Virus record (IMG/VR): IMGVR_UViG_3300042731_004843
Span: 32,001-96,000 of that record
Origin: a virus
Length of the DNA: 64,000 nucleotides
Strand: one strand, 5' to 3'
Shown here: one piece after another, positions 38,607 to 47,782 of the stretch
Numbering within the stretch: position 1 is the stretch's first letter
Layout: each line of letters begins with the position of its first letter
Notes under the pieces: model-generated
What the model was told of the DNA's origin: nothing
What the model saw: the letters and a program-made list of their open reading frames with translations, nothing else
Databases searched by the model: none
Position numbers and translations under genes: made by a program

Positions 38607-39503
38607 ATGGCGATCCACCGCAGTCCTTGTGAGTACTTCATCAAGTTTCTGCTGTCCCAGCAGGAGCATGAGCCCAACGCTATCCTACAAATCCTGGAGG
38701 ACTTTAATCTCGGGACAGGGGGACTGGGGATCAGCTACATAAAGCGCCTGCAGCGTGATATGGAGCCGGTGCCTGAGCCTTGGGACCTGACCGACAAGGA
38801 CGGACCAACCAGAGAGTACCTCAAGAAGCACAAGATCCATGACCTGTACTTCCCGCACGCCCATGTACAAGAGGCGTACGGCATCCTCTCCAGCGCGCAG
38901 CTGCGGGAGGACATAGAGCAGCTGCTGCTGTCCCCGCTACGTATCGAAGAAGTGGTGAAGCGGATTAACCGCCACTACAACATGACGATGACGATAGAGG
39001 GGGCGGAAGCGTACCGGCACTACTTCTGGAACAAGAGCCTACTCTCGATGCAGGAGTGGATGGAGGTGCTTGAAGGCACGCCCATGGGATCGGAGAGCAT
39101 CACCATGCTCAGGGTGAGTCCCGATGTGGCGCAGTCTCTGGTGCCTTGGATAGCCGGTATGGCCGGGCCACCGAAGACACTCAATACGGGTACGGTGGCT
39201 CGGCGCATGAGGGACATTGCGTTCCTAAAGGTGTTGGAAATCGAGAGGCAGCCAGCTACACTGGCCCACTCGAAGATGATGAAGAACTACATGGACGTGG
39301 TCCGTGGCGCAGAGGCCGAGATGCGCCAGAGCGAGGTTGCTCTGAAGGACGTACTCAAGGCGTTCGAGAAGTTCCGCTTGCGTAAAGATGACAACTCCGT
39401 GCCCTCAATCGAGGAAGTGGCGGGCCCGAATTTCAGCCATTCCGGGGAGGGGACTGGGGCTGCTAATACTGCGGACGATATAATGGAGGACGACGATGGC
39501 TGA
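38607..39503 (+). CDS. hypothetical helical protein (terminase small subunit candidate)
   Basis: Position upstream of terL only. Confidence 0.4.
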   Translation: MAIHRSPCEYFIKFLLSQQEHEPNAILQILEDFNLGTGGLGISYIKRLQRDMEPVPEPWDLTDKDGPTREYLKKHKIHDLYFPHAHVQEAYGILSSAQLREDIEQLLLSPLRIEEVVKRINRHYNMTMTIEGAEAYRHYFWNKSLLSMQEWMEVLEGTPMGSESITMLRVSPDVAQSLVPWIAGMAGPPKTLNTGTVARRMRDIAFLKVLEIERQPATLAHSKMMKNYMDVVRGAEAEMRQSEVALKDVLKAFEKFRLRKDDNSVPSIEEVAGPNFSHSGEGTGAANTADDIMEDDDG

Positions 39504-40026
39504 GACTAAAGAGGTAGTAGTACGTGGCGGAATCAAGACCGCGCAGACCAAGAGACCTTTCTGGGTTTCTGACGAAGAGAAAAAGGGCCTATCTACTACC
39601 CCGCCGGACAATCTGGATGTGGCGTCCGCTATTCCCGCTCTGACATGTGTAGAGGCCGGCTCTCTTGTGGGGGCCTACACCCGCAAGGACGGGTTGGTGA
39701 TCTACCACGTCTACAAAAAGGATCGGAAAGAGATCTACGACGCTGCTCACGAGGCGCTGGCGAAGACTCGGGATCCGGCCGCTCAACAAGAGATATCCCG
39801 GAGGGCTAACCAAGATCTGGAAGAACATCCTTGGTGGCCGGACACCGTAGTAAAACTCCACGAGGTCTTCTCCGAGCACTTCAAGCACCACCCCAACAAG
39901 ATCACCTACTTCCCAGAGGTAGATAGCTGGTCTGTGATCTTGCCCGAACCCACTATGCCAGCAGCCTTGGCGCCACAATATCTAAAGGCTGCTCTCAGCA
40001 AACTCGCCCTATCGGTTGATGGCTAA
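39496..40026 (+). CDS. hypothetical protein
   Basis: GGAGG RBS, overlap coupling. Confidence 0.6.
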   Translation: MAETKEVVVRGGIKTAQTKRPFWVSDEEKKGLSTTPPDNLDVASAIPALTCVEAGSLVGAYTRKDGLVIYHVYKKDRKEIYDAAHEALAKTRDPAAQQEISRRANQDLEEHPWWPDTVVKLHEVFSEHFKHHPNKITYFPEVDSWSVILPEPTMPAALAPQYLKAALSKLALSVDG

Positions 40027-40195
40027 GTTGTGGCCGGCTTACGCCGGCCGGCAACATATCGTGGAAGATTCGGGCAAATCGATCGAATACAGCACCGATC
40101 GTAGTTGCCCGAACCTTCCAATCGAAGGGTGAGGAGGTTGGGCGCGTACAACATGGTGCGTAGGACCAGAGCAGTGATACATCCGGGTCCTACTA
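40027..40195 (-). ncRNA. putative structured non-coding RNA
   Basis: Three stem-loops, GUAA tetraloop and G-U pair favour the minus strand; promoter-like motif directly upstream. Confidence 0.45.
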
Positions 40196-40200
40196 GTTTA

Positions 40201-40229
40201 CTTATACCTTATCATTGCGGATCGTTTCG
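40201..40229 (-). promoter_or_regulatory. putative phage-specific promoter
   Basis: CGAAA-N16-GGTATAAG. Confidence 0.55.
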
Positions 40230-40242
40230 GTAGAATGGGAAC

Positions 40243-42072
40243 ATGTCCATAGTATCGCTAGACGAAGTGAAGTTGATCAGGTCCGCTAAGACCATGCCAC
40301 TTCTCTACTCGGCGGACGGCGGAATCAAAGAGCCGTGGTTCGACTACGATGAGGAGGGCATACCCACTGATTTTGGTCTGGATCTCGAGCCCCCTGACGT
40401 ATCCCCGGAAGAGTTGGCGGAAATCGATCCCGACACGTTTATCTACGACGTGTCGCCCTCCCAGTTCGCGGAGACGGCCATCAGAGTGCCCGAGGCTGGC
40501 CGGGTCACGGACTTCAAGTTCGAGGGGCGCGAATACCTGCGCAGGGTCTACGACTCTGACTCTAGGAAGATACTACTGAAGTGTGGGCGTCAGGTTGAGA
40601 AGAGCACGACCCTAGGTAACAGGCTGCTCTGCTACTCATCCCTGACCAATAACTTCCGCTGTCTGTTCGTGGCTCCCTCGGCTGAGCAGGCCAAGGTTTT
40701 CTCCAACGACCGCATCAAGGACGTCATCGATGCGTCGCCGCTACTCAAGGCGTACACTTCCAGTAAGATCAACCAGGCCGTCTTCTTCAAGAAGTTCATC
40801 AACTTCTCCCAGATCCGGCTGCGCTATGCGTACCTTACGGCTGACCGTGTCCGTGGTATCCCCGCCGACCTGGTTACCATTGACGAGATCCAGGACATCC
40901 TGATCGACAACATCCCGGTCATTGAGCAGTGTGCCTTCCACTCTCCCTACAAGTTGTTCCTCTACTCAGGCACTCCGAAGTCGATGGACAACACGATCGA
41001 GTTCTACTGGAACGAGTTCTCCACGCAGAACGAATGGGTAGTACCCTGTGAGCGGCACGGCACGCCCAACGACTCCAGCTCCTGGCATTGGAATGTTCTT
41101 ACCGAGCGCAACATAGGTAAGAAGGGCCTAGTGTGCGACCGGTGCAAAGAGCCGATCAACGCACAGCACCCCATGGCGCGTTGGGCTGCCCTCAATCCGG
41201 TACACGAAGAGAACAAGTCCAAAGTCACTTTTGAGGGGTACCGCGTCCCGCAGATCATGGTGCCGTGGGTGGACTGGCCGGAGGTACTCCAGGCGCAAGA
41301 GCAATACCCCAGAGCCCAGTTCATGAACGAGAAGCTGGGCATGTCCTACGACTCTGGGGTGCGCCCCATCACTAGGGCACAACTTAAAGCCTGCTGCCAG
41401 CCCAGCATCCGGATGGGAGATATCGAGCACTTCAAGCAGATCGCACAAGGTACACGGATATGGGCCGGGATCGACTGGGGGCCGGGGGAGAACGCCTCGT
41501 TTACGTGCATAGCATTCGGCGGGTACATGGGTACCGGCGTGTTCAACATCTTCTGGGTCCATCGCTTCACTGGACCGGACCTCGAGCCTGAGAGACAGCT
41601 AGACCTGATCTCTCAGATGCTTTCCCAACTGAATGTTCAGTTGGCCGGCGTGGACTATGGCGGGGGCTTCTACCAGAATGATGCGCTGATCCGTCGCTTT
41701 GGACCGGCCAGGGTACAGAAGTTCCAGTACAACCCCCGACAAAAGAAGAAGGTCTACTGGGAGCAGAACCTGCTGCGGTGGATGTGCCACCGCTCCGAGG
41801 TGATGAGCGACGTCTTCAATGCCATGAAGCAGCAGAAGATAGCGCTACCTAACTGGGATGAGTTCTGTGACCCCTACGGCCAGGACATCCTGAACATCTT
41901 CAGTGAATTCAATGAGCGTCTGAGGATGATCGAATACAAGAAGGCCCCGGGCAAGACGGATGACGCCTTCCACTGCATCCTCTACTGCTTGCTGGCTTCT
42001 ATGATCCAGAACCCGAGGCCGGACATCATCACGCCTATGAAGGAAGAGGGAATCCCGCAGCACCATGGCTAA
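40243..42072 (+). CDS. terL: terminase large subunit
   Basis: KCGRQVEKST (Walker A), TIDEIQD (Walker B), SGTP, GIDWG and DDAFH nuclease motifs. Confidence 0.9.
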   Translation: MSIVSLDEVKLIRSAKTMPLLYSADGGIKEPWFDYDEEGIPTDFGLDLEPPDVSPEELAEIDPDTFIYDVSPSQFAETAIRVPEAGRVTDFKFEGREYLRRVYDSDSRKILLKCGRQVEKSTTLGNRLLCYSSLTNNFRCLFVAPSAEQAKVFSNDRIKDVIDASPLLKAYTSSKINQAVFFKKFINFSQIRLRYAYLTADRVRGIPADLVTIDEIQDILIDNIPVIEQCAFHSPYKLFLYSGTPKSMDNTIEFYWNEFSTQNEWVVPCERHGTPNDSSSWHWNVLTERNIGKKGLVCDRCKEPINAQHPMARWAALNPVHEENKSKVTFEGYRVPQIMVPWVDWPEVLQAQEQYPRAQFMNEKLGMSYDSGVRPITRAQLKACCQPSIRMGDIEHFKQIAQGTRIWAGIDWGPGENASFTCIAFGGYMGTGVFNIFWVHRFTGPDLEPERQLDLISQMLSQLNVQLAGVDYGGGFYQNDALIRRFGPARVQKFQYNPRQKKKVYWEQNLLRWMCHRSEVMSDVFNAMKQQKIALPNWDEFCDPYGQDILNIFSEFNERLRMIEYKKAPGKTDDAFHCILYCLLASMIQNPRPDIITPMKEEGIPQHHG

Positions 42073-42102
42073 AGAAAGACAGGGGCGCGCCCCTGTCTTT
42101 CT
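42073..42102. terminator. bidirectional terminator
   Basis: AGAAAGACAGGGG-CGCG-CCCCTGTCTTTCT between convergent genes. Confidence 0.75.
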
Positions 42103-42107
42103 ACCTG

Positions 42108-42359
42108 CTAGCCGCCGAAGATCTTGCCGACGACCCACTTGCCTCCGCGGTACAGGCCGTAGCCAATGGCGGCACGGCCTGCAATGCCCACCCCGGCCTC
42201 CGCCTTGTTGCCAACACCAGGTTTGGCGAAGTGTTTGAAGGGGTGGAAGATGGCGACATCGAGGATCCCCAACCGCTCACTGGCTTCGAGCCGGCGATTC
42301 AGGTCTTCGATCTGTCGTCCCTGCGCCTCGACAGTTTCGTGAAGGTTCTTGTCGCTCAA
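42108..42359 (-). CDS. small protein, coiled-coil + C-terminal hydrophobic/amphipathic segment
   Basis: TTG start with AAGGAG RBS. Confidence 0.6.
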   Translation of the reverse strand: MSDKNLHETVEAQGRQIEDLNRRLEASERLGILDVAIFHPFKHFAKPGVGNKAEAGVGIAGRAAIGYGLYRGGKWVVGKIFGG

Positions 42360-42408
42360 AACAATTCTCCTTGCAAGGGGTTACTGGACTGCAGTCCTTG
42401 GCCCCTTC

Positions 42409-42436
42409 CTTATCCCACAGTATTGATCAGTTTTTT
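42409..42436 (-). promoter_or_regulatory. putative phage-specific promoter
   Basis: A-run-N-GGGATAAG upstream of 42359. Confidence 0.45.
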
Positions 42437-42935
42437 AGTCGAGCTCTAGCTCGCCGTCCTTGAGCAGGATCTTGGCTTTCTCTGGTAGGTCGTCTGGGTA
42501 TCTCTTGCACATGATCACGGCAACATCACGTACCATACGCCTCCCCTTCTCCAGTGTGGCGTACAGGTGCTGCAGTCCGATGTCACTGCCCAGGTCTTTG
42601 TGTTGTCGTATCGACGTCATCATCTTGATGGCGAGGTGGTAGAACGGTTCCCAGGTGTGGTTGTAGTCCACGATGCCCTGTAGCCTCACCATCTCGTACT
42701 CTGACAGCTGTAGAAACAGCTCGGCCCAGCGTTCTATGGCTTCTGGAGGAAGCTGGGAGGGGGTCAGTCCTAGTAGCTGTACCGCGTCCCGATAGTACTT
42801 GAGCAGCTCTTCATTGGATACAGACCGAAGAGGGGACAGATCTAACCCGTTGATGCGTAGCAGGAACTCTACCTGCTTTTCCAGCTTACCTACACGAGCT
42901 TGCAGCAGTGCTAGTTCCTGGTCCATGCTTCCCAC
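42435..42935 (-). CDS. hypothetical helical protein
   Basis: 166-aa ORF with its own sigma70-like promoter. Confidence 0.6.
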   Translation of the reverse strand: MGSMDQELALLQARVGKLEKQVEFLLRINGLDLSPLRSVSNEELLKYYRDAVQLLGLTPSQLPPEAIERWAELFLQLSEYEMVRLQGIVDYNHTWEPFYHLAIKMMTSIRQHKDLGSDIGLQHLYATLEKGRRMVRDVAVIMCKRYPDDLPEKAKILLKDGELELD

Positions 42936-42956
42936 CTGTGGTGCATCGTGGTACCA

Positions 42957-43025
42957 ATACTATGTCGTCCCCAGGCGTCCTTCAACCTGGGTATGTTGAC
43001 AGTACCGGAAGCACGCACCTATGAT
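42957..43025. promoter_or_regulatory. divergent sigma70-like promoter pair
   Basis: Minus: TTGAAG-N17-TAGTAT (42985-42957); plus: TTGACA-N18-TATGAT (42996-43025). Confidence 0.6.
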
Positions 43026-43042
43026 TGACCAGAGGTGAGCAG

Positions 43043-43960
43043 ATGAGCGATCCCAGTGCTATCCCCCTGGGCCTGCAGCAGCAAGAGGCCGCCAGAAATA
43101 TTGATCCGGAACAGCTAGAGATGATGGGTAAGAGGGCGGCAGCTCTGTACACACAGGGTACGCCACTCAACGAGGCCGTCGTCTCGATAGTGAAGGAGGC
43201 ACGGCTGGCGCCTGAACAGGTCAAGAGGGTGTGCGAATTCGCCAATACCTCGGCTTATCTAGAGGAGTTCGAGAAGGCCGGGGAGGTCAGGAACGTGGAG
43301 TTCCAGGGTGGTCTGGCTGACCCGGGGGTGGTGCTGAAGGAGCTCAATGATGGCTCGGTGCCAGCTGTGCACCAGGTCTCCACGGAAGACTATGCTCCCC
43401 CCTCCGGATCCTACAAGACCGCTAGCGCTGATGTGTCCCTCCTGGCTGAGGCCTTCGGAGCGGTAGCAGGCCTGGAAAAGACCGCTAGCGTGAACCACTC
43501 TTCCCGAGCAAATCCAGTAGAGGCCGTCCATGATCTACGTGTGCGGCTGGAGGGTGCACGGGATCATTTGATGAGCAAGCTCTCCTCCTCAGAGATCGTC
43601 CTCAATGAGGCCAAGATCTTACTGAAGGAGGCGGCCGCCGAGGCAGTGCTGCAGGGCATGCCGATGGGAGATATCGTCCGGGCCTGGTGCAACTACGGTG
43701 ACGCCAATCAGATCAAAGAGGCGACGGTCATGGTCAGGGACCATCTCCGTGCCCGTAGGATACTAGGGGCCGAACAGTTCGCGGAGTCCATGTCCAAGGA
43801 GGCCTCTGCCGGAGTCATCGCCAACCCGGAGCACCCACTGGTGGACAACTTCCTAGTGCTCAATAAGATCGCCTTCGAGCATGCGAAGCTCGAGGAGGGC
43901 GTACGTATCCTTGGCGACCGTCTGGGAGACGTGCAGTCCTCACTTAGAGGGCTACTATGA
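43043..43960 (+). CDS. KxA-rich head-module protein
   Basis: KRAA, KEA, YKTAS, EKTAS, KEAAA, KEAS, NKIA. Confidence 0.6.
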   Translation: MSDPSAIPLGLQQQEAARNIDPEQLEMMGKRAAALYTQGTPLNEAVVSIVKEARLAPEQVKRVCEFANTSAYLEEFEKAGEVRNVEFQGGLADPGVVLKELNDGSVPAVHQVSTEDYAPPSGSYKTASADVSLLAEAFGAVAGLEKTASVNHSSRANPVEAVHDLRVRLEGARDHLMSKLSSSEIVLNEAKILLKEAAAEAVLQGMPMGDIVRAWCNYGDANQIKEATVMVRDHLRARRILGAEQFAESMSKEASAGVIANPEHPLVDNFLVLNKIAFEHAKLEEGVRILGDRLGDVQSSLRGLL

Positions 43961-44268
43961 GCATGGAGAAGGTAGCGCGCGCCTTCCAGATCTTGCAGGG
44001 TATGGAGAAGATGGGCGTGAACATCCTTGGCGGCCTGTCCGAAGCCGCCAAGTCGTTTGACGCGCTCGGTAAAGGCATGGCCGGGGCCCTAAAGGCTCGA
44101 GGGCATGAGACGGCAGCTGGTGTTGCGCGTGTGTTGCCCTACGTGGGAGCAGCCTACGCCGGGAAGAAAGCGTACGAGTCCGGCCCGGCTCAGCGGGTGC
44201 GTGCGTGGCACCAGCGGAGACAGTACGAGAAGGCCATGCGGCAGGCTCAGCAAGGAGGCTACTACTGA
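43957..44268 (+). CDS. small basic Gly/Ala protein with EKMG leader
   Basis: ATGA coupling; MEKVA..MEKMG. Confidence 0.55.
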   Translation: MSMEKVARAFQILQGMEKMGVNILGGLSEAAKSFDALGKGMAGALKARGHETAAGVARVLPYVGAAYAGKKAYESGPAQRVRAWHQRRQYEKAMRQAQQGGYY

Positions 44269-44990
44269 TGTCCAATCCAGTAGACGAATTCCTGCAGATG
44301 AAAGAGAAGCAGGCTGGGTTCCTGTCCAACTTGGGCAAAGCCATGAGAGGGCTAGGACAGGCATTTAAGGGCGGGCTGGCACAGGAGACGTTGAAGGCCG
44401 ACACCACACTGACTATGGGACAGGCACTAGCCCGAGGTGCGGGGCAAGCGCTGCTTCCAGCTGCCGTCACGGCCGCAGCTGCCGGCATAGCCACGGGAGC
44501 AAGCAGGGGGATAGGCGCAGTGATGGATCGGTTTGGTAAGGCTAAGGACTACCAGGCCATGATGCAGGTACACCCCACCTTGCGGGACAAAGATCCTGGA
44601 CAGGCACAACTCTACTTCAACTCTTTGCGCAGCACGGCACCTACACTGGCGAAAGACCCACTAGTTGCGGGGTCTTTCGTGCGGAACATGATGGAGCTGC
44701 AGCCCTCAGAAGGTCCGGCCGTACCGTTGGCTACTACCAAGCTGCTGGCAGATGCGCAGAAGTCTTTGTCGCAGGCTCGTGGTGGCCGCGGCCCGATCGC
44801 AGAGGCGTTCATGACTGGCCGCTCACCTATGTTTGAGATGCCCAGGCAGCAACCTGAGCGCCCACAACTAGTTGGTGAGAGGCGTTTCGGCCCGATTCCT
44901 GGGGAGAAGATCTACGAGGAGGGCAAGATCGTAGGCCAAAAGCCGTCCACATGGGGTCCGGTGGGAGAAACCGTGAAGGACTACGGCTAG
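44268..44990 (+). CDS. protein with KEKQA leader and hydrophobic segment
   Basis: AAGGAGG RBS; MSNPVDEFLQMKEKQA. Confidence 0.6.
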   Translation: MSNPVDEFLQMKEKQAGFLSNLGKAMRGLGQAFKGGLAQETLKADTTLTMGQALARGAGQALLPAAVTAAAAGIATGASRGIGAVMDRFGKAKDYQAMMQVHPTLRDKDPGQAQLYFNSLRSTAPTLAKDPLVAGSFVRNMMELQPSEGPAVPLATTKLLADAQKSLSQARGGRGPIAEAFMTGRSPMFEMPRQQPERPQLVGERRFGPIPGEKIYEEGKIVGQKPSTWGPVGETVKDYG

Positions 44991-44993
44991 CCT

Positions 44994-47039
44994 ATGATCG
45001 TCAAGGTCTGCCAGTTCAAGGCTCGACGAGAACGAGGTGAGCGTCTCGTTGAAGTCTTCCAGCCCGGAGACATGGAGAAGGCGGCCGCCTTCTTTGGTGG
45101 GGAGCAGCAGTCTGCCGTGGGGCACCCGTACAGGGGTGGTATGGCTAAGACCGCGGCGCCCATGTTGCCCGAGGTGCAGGCCTACCTAGAAAAGTTACGC
45201 CCCGATTCCAACAGAATCTACGTCCTCGTCAATGCCCTTGGAGCTGGAGAGTTCTGGGGCTCGAACATCAACGGGGACTACTTCCCTGAAGCCTCCTTGA
45301 TCCACAAAGGCCCAGTCTACGGGTACGAAACCTTCTATGGGGCCTTCCCTTACAAACACCATGTCAACAAGGACCCCAGCAGGTCCTTCGGTAAGGTGGA
45401 GCTAGCCGTCTGGAATGACCGCATGAAGCGTGTAGAGCTCGTGGTCATGATCGACAGGGCTCTGGCCGCAAGGTTCGGTGCGCAGGATGTCTGCGACAAA
45501 CTGGACCATGGGCTGTTCCCAGACGTCAGCATGGGGTGCAAGGTACCCTACGACCTCTGCTCCAAGTGCCTAGACTGGGAGAAGTACCGCCGGGCACAGT
45601 CCACCTTTGATCCTACTCGCCACCGTTCGGTGGGGGCCGCCGTACTGGAGTTCCACAAGAAGAATCCTATCCGTGGGCTCTCTGTCACTCGCGATGACTA
45701 CTGTGAGCACCTCAAGACGATGCTCAACCGCATCCTTGGGGACGGTGTTAAGGTCTACGCGATCAACGACTACCCCCGCTTCTTCGACATCTCGTTCGTG
45801 TTCATAGGCGCGGACAAGACAGCAAAAGTCATGGCAAAGTTGGCTTCGGCACATACTGGGGGGGCCATATATGTTGTCGAGCCATCTTGGCAGGTGGCGG
45901 AGAATCTGGGGTACGAGCAGCCCTCCACGGAGAAGGAGCTCGAGCTGGAGAAGGCGGCCGCCGTGCAGTGGATCGCACGTGGAGGTCCCAAGCTCCGGCA
46001 GGCAGCTAGAACCGTGACGAAGGGGGTTCGGGGTAAAGCTACGACAGTCAAGGAGATCGGGGGAGAAGCAGCCGAACGTGTCCTGGAGCGTAAAATGGAG
46101 CGCACGAAGGGCAAGGAGAAGCTGTCAGGCATCGAGGCGGTGCTGGCCAAGCTGCAAGAAAAAAGGGCTTCCCAGTCCAAGGGCGCGGAGATTATAAAGG
46201 AAGTCGTTCCGACACAATTCGGTAGTAAGGCTGTGCCTTTGGAAGGATCAAAAAGACCAGATCTACCTGATGAGGTCCTAGACGCTCTGGGCGGATGTCC
46301 ATTGAGCGAGGCCCTCTCCACTCCCACCACGATGGGCATGGTACTGAAGCCCCGCGAGTTCCAGCGCATCACCATCATCCATGTTGGCAAGAAGCCCCTG
46401 GCCGACGCACTGGACAAAGACGGGAAGTTGTTTGCTCCTGTAGAAGGATCGGACACCTCTGTACCAATGGGCGGAGAGCACTTCAGCGAGATGCTGAAGA
46501 AGCTCCTGTTGCCGTTTCTCGAAGATCGCAGCTGCCTAGAGCCCATCGCCAAGCGCAGACTCATCCGGGTCACGGTCGGCAAGCAGCCGGAGCACGAAGA
46601 CCCGGATCGGGAATATGTGCAAGATGACCCCTTCCTACAGAAGATCTCCTCAGCCTATAATGGCTACCTAGATCGCTTCGTGGACTGTTGGAGGGACGCG
46701 CCAGTGATCGTAGATCAGCACGCTGATCTTTGGGAGGCGGTGTTCAGGGAGGGCGTGGGAGACGGCTTCTCGAAGGAGGCTGCGGGTACAAGGGTGAATC
46801 CGGCTGTGGTTTTGGCAGGTATCGGGGCCGGATACGGACTGAGCGAGTACGCACGATGGCAGCGAGAAAAAGCCAGGATGGGGAGTCGGGCGCCAGTGGG
46901 TCCTGTCATGGACACGCTAGCGGAGTACCCGAAGCTCTTGGCAGCGCTGGGCGGTCTCGCTGCTTTAAAACAACAAGGTTCCAAAATCCCGGACAGATTG
47001 TTCCACGGCATCAAAGGTGCGATCACGATGGGTAAATAG
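44994..47039 (+). CDS. prohead maturation protease-containing protein
   Basis: NINGDYF..KHH..G.V..VELV..DVSMGC..FDISFV..GAD pattern of HK97/T4-type head proteases; upstream of scaffold and MCP. Confidence 0.7.
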   Translation: MIVKVCQFKARRERGERLVEVFQPGDMEKAAAFFGGEQQSAVGHPYRGGMAKTAAPMLPEVQAYLEKLRPDSNRIYVLVNALGAGEFWGSNINGDYFPEASLIHKGPVYGYETFYGAFPYKHHVNKDPSRSFGKVELAVWNDRMKRVELVVMIDRALAARFGAQDVCDKLDHGLFPDVSMGCKVPYDLCSKCLDWEKYRRAQSTFDPTRHRSVGAAVLEFHKKNPIRGLSVTRDDYCEHLKTMLNRILGDGVKVYAINDYPRFFDISFVFIGADKTAKVMAKLASAHTGGAIYVVEPSWQVAENLGYEQPSTEKELELEKAAAVQWIARGGPKLRQAARTVTKGVRGKATTVKEIGGEAAERVLERKMERTKGKEKLSGIEAVLAKLQEKRASQSKGAEIIKEVVPTQFGSKAVPLEGSKRPDLPDEVLDALGGCPLSEALSTPTTMGMVLKPREFQRITIIHVGKKPLADALDKDGKLFAPVEGSDTSVPMGGEHFSEMLKKLLLPFLEDRSCLEPIAKRRLIRVTVGKQPEHEDPDREYVQDDPFLQKISSAYNGYLDRFVDCWRDAPVIVDQHADLWEAVFREGVGDGFSKEAAGTRVNPAVVLAGIGAGYGLSEYARWQREKARMGSRAPVGPVMDTLAEYPKLLAALGGLAALKQQGSKIPDRLFHGIKGAITMGK

Positions 47040-47124
47040 TCTCGGTGATCGTCAGAGGCGTTGACACCTCGAGGACACGGCTCACCGGCTGAGAGAGAAC
47101 GAAACCGAGATCAAGGAGAAGACA

Positions 47125-47763
47125 ATGGACGAGCAACTCGCACAGATCTACGGCACCGGACAGCCCGTGGCCCACGATGAGGAAGACCTTCAGAAGACCG
47201 CGGCCGCTGAGCTGCTGGTCAAGCTGGCTGAATCAAATGGCGTCTCTCTGGATCAGTTCTCTGATGAGGACATCCAGGGGATGATCACCGAGCTGTACCA
47301 GGACAAGGAAGCCGCGTCCAAGTGCAGTGAGGGTATGCCGCCCTTCCCGCCCAAGAAGGACGAGAAGGAAGACAAGAAGGACAAGGGTGAGGACGAGGGC
47401 GACGAGAAGAAGGAGAAGGAAGCTCAGGCCAAGTTCGCAGAGGCCGACTTCCTGGGCCGCGTCATGGCGCACGCCATGGTGCAGGAGCTCAACAACATCG
47501 ACAAGACGGCATCGCCCCAGCAGCAAGAGAAGCAGGCGGCAGCTCCCGAGCAAGGAGCTGCCCTGGAGCAGCTCGCTCAGCAGCGTGCGTGGGAGATGGC
47601 CAAAGAGGCCGGCTACGTGGATGAGCAGGGCAACCTAATCACCCCGCAGCAGCCACCGAAAGAGAAGACTTCCGCCCTGAAGCAGGCCGTGGATTTCCGC
47701 GCTCTCCAGCTCTTGGAGGAGGCGGGTCTGCCTGTCGAGTGGAAGGATCAAGGCAAGGAGTAG
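47125..47763 (+). CDS. acidic KxA-rich scaffold-like protein
   Basis: KTAA, VKLA, KEAA, KEA, KTAS, KQAA, KTSA; EADFLGRVMA. Confidence 0.6.
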   Translation: MDEQLAQIYGTGQPVAHDEEDLQKTAAAELLVKLAESNGVSLDQFSDEDIQGMITELYQDKEAASKCSEGMPPFPPKKDEKEDKKDKGEDEGDEKKEKEAQAKFAEADFLGRVMAHAMVQELNNIDKTASPQQQEKQAAAPEQGAALEQLAQQRAWEMAKEAGYVDEQGNLITPQQPPKEKTSALKQAVDFRALQLLEEAGLPVEWKDQGKE

Positions 47764-47782
47764 TAGGATAGGGGCGTAGGCC

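Noticed and set aside
40039-40182. 47-codon minus-strand ORF within the ncRNA candidate
   Set aside because: No RBS and atypical codons; the stems explain the region better
9407-42072. Inteins or introns in RecA, PolA, DnaB, RNAP or TerL
   Set aside because: No C/S..HN-C/S/T splice motifs or LAGLIDADG blocks seen; protein sizes are normal
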